A stretch of 64,000 nucleotides of DNA from a virus. Location: positions 64,001-128,000 of IMG/VR virus record IMGVR_UViG_3300032293_001706; one strand, given 5' to 3'. Positions within the stretch are counted from its first letter, which is position 1; the number at the start of each line of letters is the position of its first letter. Below, one piece after another: positions 56,697 through 64,000 of the stretch. Made by a program: the position numbers and the translations under genes. Below the pieces are notes generated by a model that was not told the origin of the DNA, did no database searches, and saw only the letters and a list, made by a program, of their open reading frames with translations.

Positions 56697-58465
56697 TGAG
56701 TAAAGTTAATAACGATAAATTAATAGTATTACCTAGATTAGAATATAAATTATCTACAGATAGATTATTGTCCATTCCAATAACTTTGGATGGTAATAGA
56801 AAAGAGTTAATTGATTCTAATCGAGTTAGAAATGTTGACGCATATCAACAATCGGTTGTCGAAAGAAACGAATCACAAACTTATCGAATTTGTGGTAAAA
56901 TAACAGAACTTTTTTCAAATACATTACAAGGAACAACAAATTATGAGAATTTTAAGAACTATATGTATTTAACAAATCCGATTGATGTTCTAACAAACAA
57001 TAATGTTTTATTTGATAATAATGGACAAAGAGTTGTGGATACTTTTGGTGTAAAATGGGATGGTTATCCACAATATCACGAATTTAGTTTTATTAGGAAT
57101 GATATTGACAACCCTCAAATTGATTTCCAACCTAAAAGTTCTTCAACATATAATTGGTCCTACTATTTAAGTTATGTTTATTCTGCTAGTACAACTCAGA
57201 AAATGAGTTATGTGAATAAACAATTAAATGGTAATCCTGTAAATTTTATTGCATCTGATGGAATACCTTTTACCATCGTTAATACAGTATCAAATGGAAC
57301 TAACTATATTACATTCAGGTGTGCTGGAAAACATAATTTAACACCCGCTCAATATGTTGAATTATCTATAGATTATGATGGAAATAATTTATTTCAGGTC
57401 GATGTTATTGGGGAAGCAGGGTACGATAATGAAGACACAAGTTTCTCAATTACCAATTACGGATATACGGGTAGTACATTTGCAAATGGTGTATCAGGGA
57501 CTTTTAAAAGAATTACAGACATTGCAAATTCTGCTGAAACAAAATCACAATATTATGTGAGGTTACATAAATTATTAACTGATGACACAGGTATTGTTGT
57601 TAATAAGTTAGCCTTTGAATATAATCCGTTTTTAAAGAAAGAAAAATTGGAATATTCTGCTCTAACACCTAATTTAACACAAAGAGTTTCGTTATTGGAA
57701 GGTTCACAATCCTATGGTTTCACCGTAGTAAAAGATTTTGATGTTACAAATTTAAAGACAAACTTTAATAAACCTGTAACTAGTCTATTTTTAACAATCG
57801 TAAATAAAGGATATTCAGGGTGGTTCAATAAACCAAATCTAAATACAAACACGGCAATTCAGTACGGATGGAATTTAAATTTTCAAGGTGAAAATATTGA
57901 TGATTGGTGGTCCGTTAATAATATAGATAGTTTTGAAAATATACCTGTAAACTCATATTCTCGTACAACTGATAGTGGTACGTATGTTTTTTATTATAAT
58001 TCTTCCTTAAATACTGGGGATACAATATTTGGGGATTTCTGTGAGTATAACCAAAGTGAACAGTTAGAATTTATTGTATCTGAATGTAATCACAAATTAA
58101 CTTTTAATGATACTTTGTATCAGATAGAGTCACAAAATAACGCAATCCCTGAAGGATATTTTTATCAACCACATTATGAAATACCATTAAAAGTATATTC
58201 AAATGAAATAAGTGTGGCTTTTGATGACCAAACAACTATTATACCTAATTGGGCGTATTTTTCTCAATCTGATAATTTATGGAAATGGAGAAATATTTTA
58301 GAACCAGGTGAAATAGAAGATGATATAAATGGTCTTAATTATCCATTTTTAAATGGTGCTCATTATCCATTTACACAATTTACATTTAGATTAACAACAC
58401 CATTTAGGAATACAAATATAACCGTACCGGTATTAATTGACCCAATTTCTGACGACTGTGAATAA
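56696..58465 (+). CDS. Putative structural protein
   Basis: 589-aa beta-rich ORF coupled by TAATG within the baseplate operon. Confidence 0.55.
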   Translation: MSKVNNDKLIVLPRLEYKLSTDRLLSIPITLDGNRKELIDSNRVRNVDAYQQSVVERNESQTYRICGKITELFSNTLQGTTNYENFKNYMYLTNPIDVLTNNNVLFDNNGQRVVDTFGVKWDGYPQYHEFSFIRNDIDNPQIDFQPKSSSTYNWSYYLSYVYSASTTQKMSYVNKQLNGNPVNFIASDGIPFTIVNTVSNGTNYITFRCAGKHNLTPAQYVELSIDYDGNNLFQVDVIGEAGYDNEDTSFSITNYGYTGSTFANGVSGTFKRITDIANSAETKSQYYVRLHKLLTDDTGIVVNKLAFEYNPFLKKEKLEYSALTPNLTQRVSLLEGSQSYGFTVVKDFDVTNLKTNFNKPVTSLFLTIVNKGYSGWFNKPNLNTNTAIQYGWNLNFQGENIDDWWSVNNIDSFENIPVNSYSRTTDSGTYVFYYNSSLNTGDTIFGDFCEYNQSEQLEFIVSECNHKLTFNDTLYQIESQNNAIPEGYFYQPHYEIPLKVYSNEISVAFDDQTTIIPNWAYFSQSDNLWKWRNILEPGEIEDDINGLNYPFLNGAHYPFTQFTFRLTTPFRNTNITVPVLIDPISDDCE

Positions 58466-59288
58466 TTATAGATTTAGATTAGAACAACAAGATAAAGGTA
58501 TTGAAATTCCAATTACAGTTAGTTGGGATGTTAATGGAATAAATGAAAGTATTGATTTATACGAAGATGAGGTTATCAGACAAGTAATTAATCCAATTGA
58601 TAATTTCGAAACAACAAGATATTCACATAATCCTTGGAACGAATCGATAACAAATAAAACACAAACATCTACAAACTATGAGTTTTATTTTTATAGTGCA
58701 ACCACAAATGCGGATATTGTTAATGAAACAACTAACGTAAATTGGGTAACAGATTATAGAGCAAATAACATTTCAACAATTGATATTTTATTCCAAAAAG
58801 AGGTTTTTAAAAAATCATTTTTTAAGTTAGATTTTTATGATACTAAAAATACAAGTAATCAACAAATATATCTAACAATTATTATACCCACAAGACAAGG
58901 TAAAACAATGATTGTACCTTATGGTGTAAGTAATGTTGAAATAAAAAAACCTGTATATGAATTGGATTTCTTGGGAGATAAAGAAGGGTATTTTATTTAT
59001 TGGTTAAAGGATACTCAATTTGTTAATTTATCTACTCTATATATGAGTGCAAAGTTCTATGATGCAAATATAGGACAATTCAAGAGAATGATGACAGAAC
59101 CACAAGGGTCAATGAGTAACAAGTTTAATTTTAATAACGAAGATTATTTTTATTATACACTTAATTTAAATTATGATAATTATACATATGAGGTTTATCT
59201 AACAAATCCAACAGTAATAGATAAAAGAGTTGGGACAAAAGATAATCCAATAAAATGGTTTGAATACGTAAATCCACCACAAAAATAA
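58458..59288 (+). CDS. Putative structural protein
   Basis: Probable GTG start at 58458, overlapping the upstream gene's last codons (track start 58437). Confidence 0.55.
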   Translation: MNNYRFRLEQQDKGIEIPITVSWDVNGINESIDLYEDEVIRQVINPIDNFETTRYSHNPWNESITNKTQTSTNYEFYFYSATTNADIVNETTNVNWVTDYRANNISTIDILFQKEVFKKSFFKLDFYDTKNTSNQQIYLTIIIPTRQGKTMIVPYGVSNVEIKKPVYELDFLGDKEGYFIYWLKDTQFVNLSTLYMSAKFYDANIGQFKRMMTEPQGSMSNKFNFNNEDYFYYTLNLNYDNYTYEVYLTNPTVIDKRVGTKDNPIKWFEYVNPPQK

Positions 59289-59293
59289 TATAA

Positions 59294-60436
59294 ATGAATA
59301 CAGATATTTTCAAAGTTTCAATATCCCAAGAATTTTTACAATCTGCCAAAGTTAATTTGGAGGTGAGTGGAAAAACGGTTCCGATGTATACTGGTATGAC
59401 TTATCTGTTAACAGGTGGTACAAATGGTACGTCACTTTTAACAGGACTAACAATCCCTGTAATGTTTCAACAATCCTATAAAGACATTGGATATTATTCA
59501 GGGTTTGACGGTGCGATATATCAAAAAGATATTAATAACAATTTTATTTATAGTGGGACTACAGGTTCACCACAAAATTACAATTTGTATCTATTTAATA
59601 CATCTCAAGAATATGCTCAAGATATTGTATATACAGTAGATTGGGGTGATGGGTCACCTTTTGAAGTTATTAAAACAAAGGCGCCTGATTATACAGTACA
59701 CACATATCCGTTCAATCCAAATATTGGAGAATTAAAAACATATTCAGTATCAATGAGTGGTTCAGGTCCTTGGGGTATAACAGTAACCAAAAAAAATATA
59801 ACAATTCCTTATACTCAATTAGGAGTACCAAATGAAGAGGGAGAATCATTTTTTATACCTATGGGAACATATTGGTCAGGAACACCAATATCATATAAGT
59901 GGATATTTACAGGTGATAGTTACAATAACTATCCTGCTCAGGTAAGTTCATCATATCCTAATTTTAAGAAAACACCTTTTTTTGTTACAGGATTTACAAA
60001 TTCACAATTAAACCAATTAAGACTTTATGGACCAAAACCATATGTTGAAGGTGTTCCTGTAATAAAACAAGGAAAAATCGTTGGGTTGGTAAATAGAATC
60101 GCACCTAATTATACGGCATATACATATAATGACCAACTTTATTATGATTATCCTGAAGGGTATACATTATTCATTACAGGATATTCAGACCCAACAAATC
60201 CTGATAAAATAGTACCAATTACATCAGGATTAACACAAGAAATGATAACATTAATACCAATTGTAAAAGAAGAAATATTATTAGGTATGGTAAGTGATAC
60301 AGAAATACAATCAAATGTATTTATAGATAGAGGAAAATTATCGGTAACCGAAAGTCTGTTAAGACTTGGAGAAGTTGATAGTATGAATGACCTCATAAAT
60401 TATGGATATGGATACTTTAAAATAACGGAAATCTAA
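59294..60436 (+). CDS. Putative structural protein with PKD-like domain
   Basis: YTVDWGDGSP PKD signature. Confidence 0.55.
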   Translation: MNTDIFKVSISQEFLQSAKVNLEVSGKTVPMYTGMTYLLTGGTNGTSLLTGLTIPVMFQQSYKDIGYYSGFDGAIYQKDINNNFIYSGTTGSPQNYNLYLFNTSQEYAQDIVYTVDWGDGSPFEVIKTKAPDYTVHTYPFNPNIGELKTYSVSMSGSGPWGITVTKKNITIPYTQLGVPNEEGESFFIPMGTYWSGTPISYKWIFTGDSYNNYPAQVSSSYPNFKKTPFFVTGFTNSQLNQLRLYGPKPYVEGVPVIKQGKIVGLVNRIAPNYTAYTYNDQLYYDYPEGYTLFITGYSDPTNPDKIVPITSGLTQEMITLIPIVKEEILLGMVSDTEIQSNVFIDRGKLSVTESLLRLGEVDSMNDLINYGYGYFKITEI

Positions 60437-61347
60437 TGGCTTTAGGAACCTATGGGATAACAAGACCTGCTGACATGTCACCTGAAGATGTGGAAATCAT
60501 AATGATTTATACACCTTCAAGAGATTATACTGCAACTCCTGTTATCAAGAAATTAAACGCAGCACAAATACTAACACCTTACTTTAACAACTCTAGTACG
60601 GGTGGAGGAGCAAATGAAATTCTGGGGGGTATGTATAATTTAAGACTACCTTCAAATGAATTTAATAATATTGGAATCTATTCATTAATGATTAGGCCCG
60701 CAGAAATCAGAACAACATTAACTGATTGTGGTGTATTGGCATCACTTCCTTCTGTTAAAGGTTTAATTGTTGATTTAAATAATGTTCCTGTAACATTCAG
60801 GTCAAGATTTATATCTCAAGGACTTGTTGGATATAGAGTTGAATATTTAAATAGTGACGGTACAAAAATACCTAATTTTTACAGAGTTATCACATCATCA
60901 TTTTATGTGGATACTGTTAACACTCAACCAACAGGTGCTAATGTGAATAGTGTAAGATATAGGTACATTGATTCACCAGCAGCAAGAAATTTGGTTTTTA
61001 TGACAGTGACACCATCAAGTTCACCATCTAATAATCCTGCAGCAATACCATATATAGGTCAGCCTGGTCAACAAGTTATTCTAACAAATACATTCTTTAA
61101 TCCGTTTATGATAGAAATTGAAATGGCGGAATATGACCTAAATTCAGTTGCTATTGCTCTTTATGGTAATCAGGTTAAGGCGGTTGAACCTGGATTATAT
61201 ACCATTTATGATTCACAAAGTAGAATCTATAAACAATATAACCTATTTGAAATCAGAAGCGACTTTAATGATACATTATATGAAGTTCGTCAAGATAGGG
61301 GTAATAATATCGATACAAGTCAAAGTTTTGATAATATAGTTCAATAA
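60436..61347 (+). CDS. Putative structural protein
   Basis: 303-aa ORF with TAATG coupling on both sides. Confidence 0.55.
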   Translation: MALGTYGITRPADMSPEDVEIIMIYTPSRDYTATPVIKKLNAAQILTPYFNNSSTGGGANEILGGMYNLRLPSNEFNNIGIYSLMIRPAEIRTTLTDCGVLASLPSVKGLIVDLNNVPVTFRSRFISQGLVGYRVEYLNSDGTKIPNFYRVITSSFYVDTVNTQPTGANVNSVRYRYIDSPAARNLVFMTVTPSSSPSNNPAAIPYIGQPGQQVILTNTFFNPFMIEIEMAEYDLNSVAIALYGNQVKAVEPGLYTIYDSQSRIYKQYNLFEIRSDFNDTLYEVRQDRGNNIDTSQSFDNIVQ

Positions 61348-64000
61348 TGACTAGAATAGTTGTTCCAAATACAGGTGCGGGATTTAATAGTCCTACTGAA
61401 AATTTAGTAGGTTTTCAGTCAGTGCAAGGTGGTGGTTTGACAAATACAAACTTCACATTTGATTATGGTATTACTGAAAAGATAAATCAAGAATATCAAA
61501 CAGGTGTATTTTCAGAACCTATTACACTTTCTACGTTAAACATTGAAACAATTGAGGAAGCAAGAGTTACTGCATCCAAAGATTTAAAAGTATATCCAAA
61601 TTTTGATTTAACGGAAGTAACAAACTTCACACTATATGGTTCATTAACAAAAAGACTTGAAGTATCGTTAACACAAATTATCAATTTCTTTCCCGCAGCA
61701 CTTGAAGTTGACCAAGTGTATTATGATTACACAACAGGTTATACCGCAACAAATGTAATTTATAATCAGAATGAAGATTTTACAACATTTGATATTGATG
61801 TAACAAGAATAAAAAATATTTTCGATATTGATTATTCTGTTAATGCTGAAAGAAATATATTATTAAGACCAACACCTGTAAGTCCGTTAAGGGCACTTAC
61901 AACAAGATATCAAGACTATTCATTATTCATTTCAACTGGAAGTACAGAATATAGAGTAATTTTATTTGAACCTAGTGATAGTTTAACAACAGGAACAATA
62001 ACATTTACTGTTTCAGGTAATCCGTTTTCGAGTCAAACATCAATTATTGATTCACTTGTTATTAGACCTAGTAAGTTAAAAACTGAAATGGTTTTTGCAA
62101 ATGATTTTGATGAGGTTGAAAAATTCTTATTAAATAGATTTGTTACACCAAAATATACATCACAATTTAAAATACCTCGTCAAACAGATAATGGAACTTA
62201 TTATACTGCATATGAATATCTTACTTGGCCGTTATTTGGTATCTGGAATATTGATATCCTAACTGCGGCATATGATTCATATGTTGAACAATTGGCACAA
62301 TTTGGTGCTGAAATAGATGATTTTAAAACAAACTTAATAAGTAGGTTTTTAACAACAGGAGCGTTTCATGAATTTGATACTCCTGACCAAAAAATTGAAA
62401 AGGTTCTTCAAATTTATTCAAGAAGTTTCGATGAAACAAAAAAATTCATTGACGCATTGGCAACAATGACTTCTGTTTCATATGTATCAGGTGATGACAT
62501 TCCATCGGCATTATTGATATATTTGGCAAAAACATTAGGATGGGATACAAACATATCTCCAATTTCAAATGAAGATTTTCTAAAATCGGTTTATGGGGTT
62601 AAAAATAAATCAATTTATGAAGGTTGGACAAGAGACCAAACACCAACAGAATTAAATTTTAAATATTATAATAAATTAATTTTAAATTCCGCTCACTTAT
62701 ATCGTTCAAAAGGAACAAGACGTTCAATTGAATTCTTAATGAAAACTATTGGCGCTCCACAAGCACTTGTCGAATATAATGAAACAATTTATGTTGCGGA
62801 TAGAACCATTAAATATTCAGATTTTTTAACTAAATATGCTAAAATATCTGGAGGTACATATGTTCAGAACATACCAGGATATTTGGTAGGAAGTGAATAT
62901 AAGTTTAAAGGACAAACATATACCGCCTTTACAACAAGTCAAAGTATTACAAATTCTCAATTTACATTAAATGATTATCCAATAAATGAAGATGGGTATC
63001 CTATAATGCCACAAGCAACTGATGACTTCTTTTTCCAAAAAGGAGGAGGATGGTATCAACAAACAAAGTTTCATAATTCAGGACAACAAGCGGTTGTAAC
63101 TAACCAAAATTTCACAGGTGAAAGTCCAAACTCACAACTTCAAACAATACCACCGTCATATGGGACAGATTATTTAAATAGGTTTATAAACTTTCCAAAT
63201 ATGGATGGTCTTGGTTTTAATCTAAGACAAGTTAAAACAAATGATAAATCAACATACACAACATCAAGTTCATTTGATTCAAATACATTGGTTGTTAATA
63301 CAAAAAATGTTGATTTATTTTTAAATGTTGGACAAGGTATTACATATAGTGTATGGGAAAATTCACGAGACGAAGAATATCCAATACCATATTCAGGACT
63401 TTCAAATCCATATCCAACACCAGGAAATTTAGATTGGACGGTTATAAATCCACAACCACAAATTGAAACTTTCGCAGAATTTGCACAAACATTCTATAAA
63501 AACATGATAAATGTAAGAAACAGATGGTATACCACAGATGGTAAATCATCGGGTTATCCAACATTACAATCTGTTTATTGGAATTACTTACAATCATTAG
63601 AAAAGGCGGGTATTGACATTAGTCATTACACCTATCAAAAAATGATTGATTATACTATAGGTATTGGTGACTATTGGACAAAATTGGTGGAACAAACAGT
63701 ACCATCAACAACAATATGGAATGGAGGTATAAAATATGAGAATTCCGCTTTTCACAGACAAAAATATGTTTATAGAAGACAAAGAGGATGTATCTTTACT
63801 GCGGTTCCATGTACTCCATGTCAAGCAATAGGACCGATATTTATGAATGATTGTATTGATGAAACAATTTCAGGGGCAACATATCCTTGGAGTGGAACAT
63901 CATCAACAATAGAGTCATTTTCAGACGCATTAATTAAATCTGTTAATCAAGTTTTATCATCAAGTGGTTATACATTATCAGAATGTGTAAAAGAATCTTT
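61347..64000 (+). CDS. Baseplate wedge / tail protein (gp7 or P2 gpI-like), truncated by the window end
   Basis: Starts MTRIVVPNTGAGF at 61347; in-frame NSAHLYRSKGTRRSIEFL at about 62685; no stop seen before the window end. Confidence 0.65.
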   Translation, partial: MTRIVVPNTGAGFNSPTENLVGFQSVQGGGLTNTNFTFDYGITEKINQEYQTGVFSEPITLSTLNIETIEEARVTASKDLKVYPNFDLTEVTNFTLYGSLTKRLEVSLTQIINFFPAALEVDQVYYDYTTGYTATNVIYNQNEDFTTFDIDVTRIKNIFDIDYSVNAERNILLRPTPVSPLRALTTRYQDYSLFISTGSTEYRVILFEPSDSLTTGTITFTVSGNPFSSQTSIIDSLVIRPSKLKTEMVFANDFDEVEKFLLNRFVTPKYTSQFKIPRQTDNGTYYTAYEYLTWPLFGIWNIDILTAAYDSYVEQLAQFGAEIDDFKTNLISRFLTTGAFHEFDTPDQKIEKVLQIYSRSFDETKKFIDALATMTSVSYVSGDDIPSALLIYLAKTLGWDTNISPISNEDFLKSVYGVKNKSIYEGWTRDQTPTELNFKYYNKLILNSAHLYRSKGTRRSIEFLMKTIGAPQALVEYNETIYVADRTIKYSDFLTKYAKISGGTYVQNIPGYLVGSEYKFKGQTYTAFTTSQSITNSQFTLNDYPINEDGYPIMPQATDDFFFQKGGGWYQQTKFHNSGQQAVVTNQNFTGESPNSQLQTIPPSYGTDYLNRFINFPNMDGLGFNLRQVKTNDKSTYTTSSSFDSNTLVVNTKNVDLFLNVGQGITYSVWENSRDEEYPIPYSGLSNPYPTPGNLDWTVINPQPQIETFAEFAQTFYKNMINVRNRWYTTDGKSSGYPTLQSVYWNYLQSLEKAGIDISHYTYQKMIDYTIGIGDYWTKLVEQTVPSTTIWNGGIKYENSAFHRQKYVYRRQRGCIFTAVPCTPCQAIGPIFMNDCIDETISGATYPWSGTSSTIESFSDALIKSVNQVLSSSGYTLSECVKES

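Noticed and set aside
1080-61684. Numerous 60-140 aa ORF-track entries nested in or antisense to long genes
   Set aside because: Fully overlapped by well-supported genes and lacking motifs or upstream signals
1-64000. Genome-wide stop-codon reassignment as the explanation for the in-frame TAA
   Set aside because: TAA is the usual terminator here (many TAATG junctions) and long genes are intact in the standard code, so the GT case is local
1-64000. tRNA, rRNA and CRISPR arrays; firm host assignment
   Set aside because: Intergenic gaps are short and show no cloverleaf or repeat-spacer pattern by eye. Host signals conflict: scarce SD sites suggest Bacteroidota, but the promoters look like canonical sigma70

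Overview
This AT-rich 64 kb window looks like part of a large T4-like contractile-tailed phage genome (jumbo-phage type). It is densely coding in the standard genetic code. Virion genes are neck/head-closure, tail terminator, sheath, tube, tail-assembly chaperone, tape measure, baseplate hub and wedges. They are interleaved with replication and nucleotide genes (family B DNA polymerase, intein-containing SNF2 helicase, gp32-like SSB, RecA, 5'-3' exonuclease, DnaB, class II RNR, dUTPase) and with accessory genes (three glycosyltransferases, an SOD fusion, WYL, HAD and LRR-like proteins). I saw no tRNA, rRNA or CRISPR array. The features least explained by the gene list are: (1) an LRR-like gene bounded by 25-bp direct repeats that each contain promoter motif, ATG and first codons, so the gene's last codons encode the start of a next unit; (2) a glycosyltransferase interrupted by GGT-TAA-GGA, where skipping 6 nt restores the expected motif; (3) a probable +1/-2 frameshift at TTT TTT CGG in the tail chaperone; (4) a recurring TATTTAT motif 4-5 nt before many start codons; (5) an Ala-initiated class-3-like intein. 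All family assignments come from motif recognition by eye; no database search was run.
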